Of a DNA stretch of 64,000 nt, positions 51,150 through 61,874 are shown in pieces (within the stretch, counting starts at the first letter, position 1; every line of letters begins with the position of its first letter). The stretch lies in assembly GCA_028023455.1 (NCBI GenBank), contig JAQFVV010000006.1, forward strand, positions 5,890,001-5,954,000. The letters are read 5' to 3'. The DNA is from Epiperipatus broadwayi. Its lineage: Eukaryota; Animalia; Onychophora. The translations under genes and the position numbers were made by a program. Under the pieces are notes generated by a model that searched no databases, was not told the origin of the DNA, and saw only the letters and a list, made by a program, of their open reading frames with translations.

Positions 51150-51410
51150 TGAGCCAAATGGATGCAAAGAAGATTTTGCATAAAATCCCTATCTAGTGTC
51201 TCTCATCTAATATCCCCAGATTCCTCACTGATGAAAGCCACAAGCTAGAAACTAGTCTGGTGATATTGGATGAGTAGGCAGTAAATGAGGATTTTATGCA
51301 AAACCTTCTTGAATCCACCTGGCTTGCAATGAGTGGTACTACTGTATGGAGAGTTTAGCCTCTGTGTAAACAGCTTGGGTAAGCATAAAGAATGATGATC
51401 ATGTAAGATT
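51150..51410 (+). mobile_element. Family A with short inverted left arm
   Basis: Reverse arm 51150-51220; forward arm 51221-51410 ending gatcatgtaagattt. Confidence 0.9.
51222..51263 (+). ncRNA. Minimal type I hammerhead motif (family A), intact core
   Basis: TCCTCA / CTGATGA / A-AGC-cacaa-GCT-A / GAAA-C-ta-GTC / TGGTGA; predicted cut after C51257; one stem I mismatch. Confidence 0.55.
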
Positions 51411-52371
51411 TAAATTAATGACAAACTATCCAGGAATTATCAAGAGCTATTGCTGTCCAAAGACTTGAACTTGAACACAGGTCATAAATATGGCAGATAA
51501 ATATACTAGTCATTATAAACAGAAGGCTCTTGTTATTCCTTGGTCATTTACCATACTTCTTTTAAGATCATCAAAACATCACATAATCCATTGATTACAA
51601 AAGCTTGCACTTGGTGGCACTACTACACGGAGTTTGCTACTGTTACTTTTTTTAAGGTAGTGAACTTACCATACTTATATATATAACATTCACAGAAGCA
51701 ATAAACATTCCTACATTACTCATAGCAGTACAACGCCCTCTATTATCAGAATTTACCTTGCAAATAACAACAATCATTCCATTCACATGTTTTTTCAATT
51801 CTTATAATAATAGCAAATCTGATGAATGATATAATTAGGTTGAACTTCTAGTTGTACTCTGATGTCAACAAGATCTCCTACAACAATTAAATGCAATAAT
51901 ACCTGAGTATGATTGAAATACTGCTCTGATTAACATTTTCTCTTACACTTTCTGTATTTATAAGAATTAGAAAAGCAAGATCAAAAGATTTATTTTATAT
52001 GAGCATGTCTAATTTTGATAGCAGAGAGTGAATATTGAGATTAACAGCATGGAGAAAGTTTATTGTTACCGATAGTTACATATTATTGGGATTGCTTTGT
52101 TAATTAATATTAATGTGTAAATCTGAAATATATAGGTCACAAATAGTTGCATTCATTCATTTCTGTTCCTTGTCAAATTAAAATTTAAACTAGAATTCGT
52201 TTTTACTTACATAATGTCTTCTTCTATTATGAGACTTCAACTTACATTGCCGTTGAGAGGCATACTAATTTTCTTCATCACTAATATGCCATCTAATGTT
52301 AGCTTTCATAACTAACAAGTGCCAGATGATAGCGATTTAATAAATCTCTCTCCAGTGTAGTGCTATTCAAT

Positions 52372-52590
52372 TATCCGGAGTAATATCTAGATTTTTTCAA
52401 TTCACTGATGAAAAATATATACTGAATAGGGCAGCATTAGATAGTACTTTAAGCACTACCATTTGGCATCTATTACTAGTAATTAAATATCCAGAGTAAT
52501 ATCTAGATTTTCTTTCCAACTCACTGATGAAAGATATATACTGAATAGGGCAGCATTAGATAGGACTAAGAACTACCATTTTTCATCAAC
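52372..52590 (+). repeat. Tandem dimer of about 118 bp from an internally deleted family A-like unit
   Basis: atcc.gagtaatatctagatttt..tcaCTGATGAaa.atatatactgaatagggcagcattagatag occurs twice; stem II through the cleavage site is deleted. Confidence 0.7.
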
Positions 52591-54691
52591 ATTTGTGTTA
52601 AATGGCATAACAGTGAGCAAAGTTCGCTTACTAATACGTTTATTTAAGTTAAGTTTAATATTTAAGTTACTAATACGTTTATGATTTCTATCCACATTTA
52701 AAATTTATTTTGCCCTTCTTGATTAATATGCAAAGTGGGTTCCAAATAAAGAGTGGCTGTTTTTCTCCCCGAACTATGTTCTATGCTACCTAAGAATCAA
52801 AATGTGTGCTATGTAGTGACACAGTTGAGTTGCAGCATGAAATATGACAGCATGTTTTATGTCTTAATCCACAATCCAACACACTAACATTAAATTTCAT
52901 TTTAGATTGAGTAAAACTACTACTATGTTTGCAGTGGTTCAAACTGTGTATGGTAATCAAGTTACGAGTTACAAGAATATTTTGTTTTTCACAATTTTAT
53001 GGTGAGTAGCAGCTCGGAAGACAGCTTACAAAGATACAAATATGGTTATGTTTTATGCCATAATTCATGATCCAGCCATGCTAGTATCTTAGAATTTTAT
53101 GGTGAAGGGTTACACTATGCTGCTATATAATGTTCACAGATTTAAAAATACTGTTGCAAAGATCTTGGAGAGAGAACCAGTCACTTTATGTTAGAACATA
53201 CTGAGTAAATTTATTCTTTGATTTTTCCTCAAATTTTTTAATGGATTCAGACATTTAGATTATTATTAGGTTTTATTATTAGACTACCCCATAACATCTG
53301 TTGCTTTGTGAAAGTAAAGTGTAATGTAGAGTGGTAGCAAATTGGTGCACCTCTGAGTCAAGGATCTGTGGTCAATTCTCTCAGTGGAGTAACAAAAAAC
53401 TTGACTCAGAATAATTGGGAACATTGTTAAATGAGAAAACTATTGATAAAGTATGCAACATTACAAAATCCCTTGAACCATTCATCATGTGATTACTACT
53501 ATTGTGATAATAGAATTGTGTGCTCATGAAGTCACTTTTCTATGGTTTAATTATATGCAAAGAAATTCTGATACTAAGCTTTTCCCCATTTTGTCTTTTT
53601 CTCTATAAATAACATTTTTTTTTTCTTCCAGAGTTAAAATTGCATTGGATCCAGGTTCAAAACTTTTCACAAATGAAGGCTATAAGCTAATAATTAATCT
53701 GGAGATATGAATATGTTAACACTAGATAGAGATTTAATAAACATTAATATTATCTCAGAGTTTACCATTATGTCCATATTCATGGGTACAAATGTGCTCG
53801 AAAGCTATTTTCATATGCCCATAGCAATGGTAAAAATGAAAAATATTATGATTTTAATATATTACTTTTTCCCTTTCATTTGTAATTTTATTTAGCAAAA
53901 TGTTTTAACATTCATAAAGAAAAGGTTTTAGTATTTTTCTGTTATGAAATAACTACTTCATGGGTGATCATGCTATACATCCATAAACTAACAAACAAAT
54001 TTTTAAAAATATGTGCACTAAAATTTAATGTCAGTTTTCAAAACTCTCTAATCGTAACAGATTAATTAATAATCCAAAAGATAAACTGTCATTGAGGACA
54101 TGCTACAAATCATAGATAAAATCTAATGTTGCAATCTGTCTTGCACAGCTATATACTATGGGAAATCAAAAACAAACAAACATCACCCCAAGAGTTTCTC
54201 AACACAAACACTTATATAAGTTGTATAAAAAATAATCCCGAATATAAGTGTGTTTTCTGAAACATTCGGTCATACTGTTGATCCACAGAATGTCAATCAT
54301 CTATAATAATATTGATTATTACTAATATTGATTATTATTGACTATAATAATATATCTAGTTTGCATGAAACAAGATAACAAGAAAAGTTCAAGGGACATA
54401 GTTTAAAGCTAACAATAGTCATATCATTAAAAAAGAATACGTTCAACTTTCCACCAAGTGGAATATGTAAAAATCTAATTTAAACAGTCTTGTGTATGTA
54501 ATTATTCCTTAACATTATATCAGGTAGCATACCTAGCCAATCAGTGAAAACTATTAACCGGATGAACTACACTGACAGTACCCACAGCTGTATCTGAGAT
54601 GAACTAACCATTTGATAAGAGGAAAGTAATAAAACCTTTTCTGTCACAGACATTAAAAATGTTTCACTACATAAAATTAGAATTTCAGTAC

Positions 54692-54739
54692 TATACATGT
54701 ATATCAATAGTATACATGTATATCAATAGTATACATGTA
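54692..54739. repeat. 19-bp minisatellite x2.5
   Basis: tatacatgtatatcaatag repeated. Confidence 0.9.
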
Positions 54740-55605
54740 CAAAATGTGGTGTTGCCTTTCATATGATATACATTTTGACAAGTATAGCCATCAAATATAT
54801 GTACTCTGAATGGGTAAGGGTAGTACCGATGTAATAGTGGATCTGCAAATGATTTACTTTCCACAAAATTCAAATGTAATTTATTTTCACACCAGTGTAA
54901 ATTATCTGGTATTTTTTGATTGGTCATAAATGCTCAGGGTACCTTGATAGCTTCATGGACAACCAGTATTTAGGTTTTATGAAGTATCCACACACAAGTA
55001 ATGAATATATCATTTCAACAATGATTAGGAAAAAGAAATATAACATGATTTTCATAATTAACAAGTATAAAATGTAGTATTGTCTCTCATATGACATATT
55101 CTTTTACCAGTATACTTATAAAGCATATGTATTCTGACTGGGTATAATTCAAACAAATGGTTGTCTGTATTGCAAGTTTTATTTATATTCAAATGATTAC
55201 GCTCCAGAACATTCTAATGTGATTTGTCTTTACGTGGGTATCAATTACTAAATATTTTTAATTAAGTCATCACTGACAAGACAATCTTGACAGTTTTATG
55301 TGCAATCAGTGTTTAGTGTTTTGTTCTGACCTGAAATGAATTTGTGAACTAAGCAATGAACCTAAAATGTCTACAATGATGCCAAAAAGCACTACTATTT
55401 TATTCAAGGTAAAAAGAAATGTGTTTTATTTTTATGCAATAGTACTCTATCAATTTCAAAGAAGCATAATCTCAAAAATCATTTCCAGAACAATCACAAC
55501 TCTTTTGACATGAGTCACATACACCTAAATCTGAGATTAAAAATTAGTCGAACCAAAATCAAGATTAATTATCCGGAAATTTAGATATTTTTTTTATATA
55601 AAAAT

Positions 55606-55660
55606 AGAATTTATTAGAATCTTTTAAGACAAGAATTTATTAGAATCTTTTAAGACAAGA
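55606..55660. repeat. 26-bp tandem duplication
   Basis: agaatttattagaatcttttaagaca x2. Confidence 0.9.
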
Positions 55661-55729
55661 CTGATAAGTTTACATTATAATGACTTGTATACTCTGAAGT
55701 AGCAATTTCATGTTGATATCTTCAACAAT

Positions 55730-56130
55730 TGCTTTCTGAGAGACTGGAGCTCGATTAATCTTCTAGTAGTGTAACTTTGTTCCAGGTTTGATGTTGTAAC
55801 CAGTCTGGAGTCAAAAGCTGGTCCCGTTCTTAGAAATGAATGAGCACCTTCATATAGGTGTCACAGACACTGGAAGATGCATGATTGAAGATGTATTTGC
55901 ACCTGGTAATCCACATGGGAAAGGTCAAAAAAATTGACCATCTAACATTGGCAAAGATACCATTCTTGTTGCAATCTGGATTTAACATATGTGAGAAACA
56001 ATTTTTTTTTATACAAGACTTGACAACTTTTTTCGAGTCATGCGACCTCAATAAGACTAGTCACATATTGATTACTCCAATTTATAAGAGAGGTCAAATT
56101 AAAATAAGACAAAATAGAGTTTGATCCTGA
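55730..56130 (-). mobile_element. L1/Tx1-type C-terminal remnant
   Basis: ORF 55830-56051 (..GIFANVRWSIFLTFPMWITRCKYIF) resembles 58826-59275 (..RLFANIKLSIFLIYTFWTARCKKVF). Confidence 0.5.
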
Positions 56131-56389
56131 AAAGCATTTTACAAGCTGGGATTATGTGAAATATTTTTGTCCCATTTGTGAATGATTGTTAATAATAATA
56201 GTAATGATTGGTTTTATTATAAAAATGAGATGTAATTTTTGGCAAAGCCTAAATATATCCACGAATTTAATTTAAACCAAATTATTATTTAGTATTGAAT
56301 GAGAAGAATATAATAATGTTCTCTTATCTATTCTTCTGTAAAATGATTAAACCCGAACGAATTATTGATCTTCAAAACAATTTACTTAT

Positions 56390-56560
56390 ACAATTTAATC
56401 TGGACCAACTGACGAGTGCTAGTTTAGCACGAAATACGTATATTGGTGATTATTTATCTTTTCGACATGTGTGTGATCAAGTGTGTCAGCAGTATGAGAT
56501 ATATCGCGTGGATAGTTGAGGGTCGTGTGAAAGTCTGGGTTCAAATCCACTATATATTAC
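56390..56560 (+). mobile_element. Family B1 young copy: HHR followed by a B-box-like motif
   Basis: CpGs retained; HHR at 56404-56447, then gtgaaagtctgggttcaaatcc. Confidence 0.85.
56404..56447 (+). ncRNA. Minimal type I hammerhead ribozyme, fully canonical
   Basis: ACCAA / CTGACGA / GTGCTA-gtt-TAGCAC / GAAA-T-acgt-ATA / TTGGT. All core nucleotides are present, with G10.1-C11.1, 5-bp stem I, 6-bp stem II and palindromic ATACGTAT stem III; predicted cut after A56442. Confidence 0.85.
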
Positions 56561-56859
56561 ATATGGAAGTGCGAGTATGAAAAAGCCGATACGGTAAAAA
56601 AAAAAAAATTATATATCAATTTAATTAAAGAAATATTCATTAATTAACGTTAAACAAAAATATTATAGCTTTTCTAACAATAAGAATTGTATGCGGAAAG
56701 CAATAAATCTTGAAGAAAAAATAGACAAATATCTACGTGAAATCTCATTCCAAAAATATTTCAAAATCTTTATTTTGTTCGTCTTTCTTAGTTTTTCTTT
56801 TTTAAAATAATAAGTACAGTAATCAACATTTTTTACTTTTAAAACTAAGTTTTTGTCTT

Positions 56860-56968
56860 GCATTGGTGGTCGAGAGGTCAGCGCGACTGCCTTGCACTTG
56901 CAGGCAGTTGCCCGGGTTGCGGGTTCGCGTCCCGGCCGATGCTATGACACTTAAAAAAAAAAAAAAAA
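56860..56968 (+). mobile_element. Young tRNA-Gly-derived SINE with poly(A)
   Basis: GCATTGG/CCGATGC acceptor-like stem, ACTGCC/GGCAGT anticodon-like stem with an 11-nt loop, GGGTTCGCGTCCC T-arm variant, CpG-rich, A16 tail. Not a canonical tRNA. Confidence 0.8.
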
Positions 56969-57789
56969 GTTTTTTTTATTTAGGTCTTAAACTTAAAAAA
57001 AAAAAACCCGTATGCAAGAAGTTTTAAATGAACTGACTCAAGATCTCCTTAAATAATGGCATTGCATATGCTGAACACAACATATATATATATAACATTA
57101 ACTTGAGCGCGATAAAGCGGTTGGGTCATGTGACATTTGAGCATTTCTAATTCTTAACTATCCTTACAATTTTCTTTTTTACTATTTAACAGACTGCTAT
57201 TACGAATGATAACAATCGAATAGTTCATTAATCGGGAGCAGCTTGACGCGGATATGACAGAGCTAGGCAGCTATCATTGAACCTTAAACTTCAGAGACTG
57301 TCCCTCTACATTGTAACAAACTACGCAGTACAATAGAGTACTTAATTGCCTCTATTGCTGTGCGGGATAGGAGAGTGGATTCGAGAGGTAAAAGCCCATT
57401 ATGCGTAGCTCAATTCTATTTCTTCCGGTGCCGAACGTCGTACGACCTCCAGAGCAATATATTATTCAATTTCTTTCAATGTTCAATTTGACTCTGCACA
57501 GAGTAAATAACAGATTAAAGTTTTATTTTTCACAAATTGCTGTATTTAGTATTATTTTAGGTCTTCATTAGATTTAAAAAATAAAATAAGATCAAATTTT
57601 AGAGATATTTGAGAAAATAAGGTAATTTTTAAAAAAAAAAAAGACTCAAGTTTTAGAGTTACAGTAATTTCTTGCTAATCTCTACTCTAATTTCTTTTAT
57701 TATTTTTTAATAAAAATTAAATAATAATAGTCATTTTTATCAACAGTTCTTATTTTGAGTATTATCTAAAATTTAAACATAGTATACAA

Positions 57790-57975
57790 AATTTTTTTTA
57801 GTGTAATTTTCACTACACCCGTTTTATGCAAGGAAGGGACTGATTTCTCTCAATTTTTAATATCTTGTAGAGGGGTGTAATTATAAACATATGACCAGAG
57901 ATATGTGAAGAAGATATATGATCCCCAAGATGCCCATTTCATGCTAAACCAGCAGACATCAGTTGGCCAAGACCA
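57790..57975 (-). mobile_element. Family B2 partial monomer
   Basis: Minus strand ggccaaCTGATGTctgctggtttagcatGAAAtgggcatcttgggg; core mutated. Confidence 0.8.
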
Positions 57976-57989
57976 TATAAATCCTTTGA

Positions 57990-59280
57990 TAAAAGCAATT
58001 GAAAATCAACTACCAGGGATCTATATTCCAAGAATTGGTAAAAATATAAATGTCATAGCGTAGATGGATGATGTACTCGTCTTTCTCCCATCACCCAAAT
58101 ACCTAGATCAACTATATACCATCATCGATCAATCCTCTGATAAATTTGATCTTCAAATTAATGCTGCTAAATCATCAGCATGGAAAATCTGCACTGGCCG
58201 TAGGATAAATCAAAATTTGAGACTGAACCCCAAAAATTTTTGGGTTTCTCCATTTCTGAGTCTTATACTGAAATGTCAAGAGAATGTCAGAAAAAAACCA
58301 TCGCAGTTACACAGACCTATTAACCAAGTGCCTTTCCAAAGTATATCCCTCATTGTATGGCAGAGTTAGAATACTAAATACGAAGATTATGACAAAGATA
58401 AATCATGAAAGTTTTCATTAACAAAAATTAATGTTCTGGCTGCCAGATTATTCTGGGGTGGCAAGATAGCTGCTATTAGTATAAAGCAAATGCAGCAACA
58501 GAAAAAACTGAATGGCATGTCACTGCACTCCTGCAATACAATTTCCAAAAGACATTCAACCTATTAGTGATACTAATCAACACCTATAGCTACAATCTAA
58601 TAATGCAAGGGATTATTCCTACTGACCATCCACCACCAAGTGTTGCAGATATCCTGGACCACTTGATAGACCTGATTAAGACATATAGACATCTTCTTAG
58701 ATGCTCTCAAATGTAAAATTAAAATTTGGGATGCATACAATTTAATTTTCCCATATAGTGTTCCAATACAAGGTGAACTTAACCTAACAAATAAAAAAAT
58801 TGTCACTCTTTTTAAATATTGGCATTTGGAGCTAAAATACCTTGACTTTGTCATAAAGATTAATATGAAGGCTGTCAGCACCAATTGGTTTCTGTCAGTA
58901 ACAAGAGGTATATCCAAAATCGATCCCATCTGCCCACTCTGTCATAGAGAAGATGAGACTTTAAATCATCTCATTCTCTCATGCTCTGGTTTTTGGGATA
59001 TAAGGAAAACTATCTATGATAATGTCAATTATGACTTCTACCTACTTAGCTCTATTAAAAAATGCATTAAATCCAGATTGTTTGCTAACATCAAACTATC
59101 CATTTTCCTTATTTATACATTTTGGACTGCAAGATGTAAGAAGGTCTTTACCTCTCCTCCCATCCAAGATGATAAATATCTCTTTGGAAAGTTGATATTA
59201 AGAAGAGAGATGAAATACTTCCTCGGTATTATGGTATGCAGGGATACATGGAGCTTGATCAATATCAAAGAATAAGAAAA
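57990..59280 (+). mobile_element. L1/Tx1-type retrotransposon ORF2 3' part (RT motif to zf-RVT)
   Basis: A*MDDVLVF (YADD-like) and LQINAAKS; later PICPLCHREDETLNHLILSC (CCHC) and IYTFWTARCKKVF. Frameshifted, with stops. Confidence 0.75.
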
Positions 59281-60262
59281 GATAATACTTGTGCCAACTC
59301 ATATGGAACCAACCGCACAGTTTCATAATGTCAATGATAGGTTTGATCATCCCTGATCATCAATCAATACCATAGCTGGACTCACAAAACCAAACTTTAA
59401 TCAATAAATTAGAACATGTAAAGTTAAGCTCATGTCTACCTCCGCCTTATGAACATAGTTCTTGATGAATAGTACCGACAGTTTTGCCTCAAATGATCAT
59501 TTAATTCAAACCCCCAGTAATCTCTGGGCTACCCCTTGACCTCTATAGAATAGTTGTTAGCTCTACCATTTATTGCAGTAGGTCAAATCCCAGGCTAAAC
59601 CAGGAATAATTCAAAACTAGGATTATATTGAACTTTCCAGATCATGTTCTGGACCTTAATAGCGAACTAACTGCTTAAATTAACCAGACACTAGGAGTAT
59701 TTGGTCTTGGAATATGGTAACAGTCACCATCTGAAAGATTTTGGTATCTTTTGTTGTCAATCGGAGTGGTGATCATTGACAAATGTTAAATTATTACAAC
59801 ACGCATTATACCATCCTCACAATTTCACATACTAATAATTGTCATATTACTCATCTACATAATCTTGCTACTTAATTTTTCAGTTTGTTTTTTCAACAAA
59901 TAATTTCAATATACGTACACTAATATTCATGCTTTTTATTGTATATAATAAAATTATTGGGAAAAAATATATATAATTCCTAAATCAAAAACAACTTCTT
60001 TGTATGCAATAACATTTCCCTCAATCTTATAATAATAAACAGATCTATCTGTTTTATTGGTATAAGAGGCAGTACATGTTTTATCTTATGTTTATTTTTA
60101 TATTATTAAATATAATTTTTTTTAAATTATTAAATTTATTATTATTATTATAGACTAATTTTTAACCAAAAAATTAGATGGTGGATGAACAGATGATTTA
60201 TTAAGAATTCACTATATTCTTCTAAATATTAATTCTTATTAAGCGCGATGTGATGTCAGCAC

Positions 60263-60734
60263 ATAATACTTATATAAGGCTAAAACCTTAGTACATGCAC
60301 CTTGAGTGCTTAATTTTAGCAAGAGAGATCTCTACAAATCATAATGCAAGATTCGACTTTATAAAGATAAGAGGGACTTCCTCTTATCTCTAACCTATTT
60401 TTTTTAATTATATAGGCAAATCTAAAGCATTTTGATTTGGGAGTGTAAAGCTAATAAATTCTTCACTGATTAAGTCCACAATTTCTATTAAACATTAACA
60501 TTCACGAAATCTATCGATTTACAATGAGTCAATATTCAGATATTAAATTTAGAACTCGTTGTAAATTGAAAGATTTCGCGAATGTTAATGTTTAATAAAA
60601 ATAGTGGACTTATTCAGTGAAGAATTTATTGGCTTCATGCTCCCAAATCAAAATGCTTTAGATTTGCCTATATATTTAAGAAAAATAGGTCAGAGATAAG
60701 ATGGACTAAGGTTTTAGCATTATATAAGTATTAT
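60263..60734. mobile_element. Fold-back element related to 11777-12373; right arm has an internal deletion
   Basis: ataatacttatataaggctaaaacctta pairs with taaggttttagcattatataagtattat; the inner arms pair around a loop of about 35 nt; shares cttcact.attaagtccaca with the 11.8-kb element. Confidence 0.85.
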
Positions 60735-60810
60735 ATTCTTCTAAATAAATTTCTCCAATGAATACTTACAATGATGTATATCCATTAAACAAATAATATG
60801 ATTTTCTTAC

Positions 60811-60951
60811 CGTACAATGTTGTTATTCCTATAATATCATCATAATGAAGTTGGAAGTCCTTCTTGTATCCCTGGTAATAAGGGAACATGAGGGCTCCTT
60901 GGACAGAAGTGTGAGAAAGACCCAAACTATGACCAAACTCATGGGCTGCTA
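60811..60951 (-). CDS. Mmp2: Matrix metalloproteinase, internal exon encoding the C-terminal half of the catalytic domain
   Basis: 141-nt exon between tgttttcag| and |GTAAG, phase 1 at both ends. Translates (V)[46 protein letters not shown](G), containing the metzincin HExxHxxGxxH motif and the ALMxP Met-turn. Missed by the ORF track. The symbol means arthropod Mmp2-type, not vertebrate gelatinase A; family is certain, orthology is likely. Confidence 0.95.
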
Positions 60952-61159
60952 CTGAAAACAGATTAACACCTAAAACAGAAAAGCAAGATAATTATTAAAT
61001 TAAAGAAAAGAAATGATTTTGCATTTATTATTATATATTTGTTTTGAATTTCATCTTTAATAATTTAATGCATCGCTTATAGTAAAAAGGTTCATATTTA
61101 TCAATATATATATAACATTTAAATATATGTATATTATGTATACTAGACAATGTGATTAT

Positions 61160-61565
61160 AAGGGACTTGAACTCAGACTTTCAAACTTGCCAAAGCTATC
61201 CAATTCATCTTATCCGATCCTATGTCTGAAGGGTCAGATTGACTTAAGGTCAACATGGGTATGACAATAATATTGGCATCATCAAGCGCATTGAGCACTT
61301 CATCCTCAGATTTTCAATGATATGGATGGCTGAAAAGTTGCAGAGTGGAGAAGATTGTCCATTAGAGTTTTAAGATTTGCTGTCTTAATATAAACTGAGC
61401 AGTGATTGTATATATATGTTGGAGATGGTTCAGTACAAAATACGTATATTGAAAATCATTTATCTTTTTTACATGTATGTGTTAATGTGTATTAGTTGTA
61501 TAAGGTGGATTGGATAGCTATGAGGAGTGCAAAAGTCTGAGTTCAGGTTCCTTATATACATATCA
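61160..61565. mobile_element. Family B1 with short inverted arm; HHR deleted in the forward arm
   Basis: agggacttgaactcagactttca ... aaagtctgagttcaggttcctta; the body is inverted relative to 62090-62340. Confidence 0.75.
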
Positions 61566-61874
61566 ACAAACTAACCCCTGAAAAACTGTCAATAAAAATT
61601 AGAATGAAAATGTAATCAAAAAGTTAGTACTTTTTTTCTCTCACTTTTGCTATCAAGTGTAAGTTTTAATAATCAATAGATGGCACATTATTCCCTTTCC
61701 GGTGCTGCTCTATCATTAACAATATCCCCAGCACAGAATAATGATTTATTAAACACTACAATCTGAATATCTATTGATTACTAAAATTTATCCTAGGTAG
61801 CACAGATGAGGTGAGAAAAAAAGAATTTGCTGCTGAATAGTATAGTGTAAGTAGGTGTCATGATGCAAAATGTT

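Larger units (their letters stand above)
14384..60810 (-). other. Intron of about 46.4 kb in the MMP gene (catalytic exon to hinge exon)
   Basis: GT at 60810, AG at 14385-14384, matching phase-1 junction that reconstitutes the conserved ...LYG. I found no other MMP-like exon between them, and none in 1-14105 or 60952-64000, so those stretches are also inferred intron. Confidence 0.8.

Noticed and set aside
11140-57135. Frequent TCACATGA/GTCACATGAC E-box-like motifs as a MITF/TFEB regulatory cluster
   Set aside because: Many copies derive from the family A terminus, and enrichment of the rest cannot be shown without a background count.
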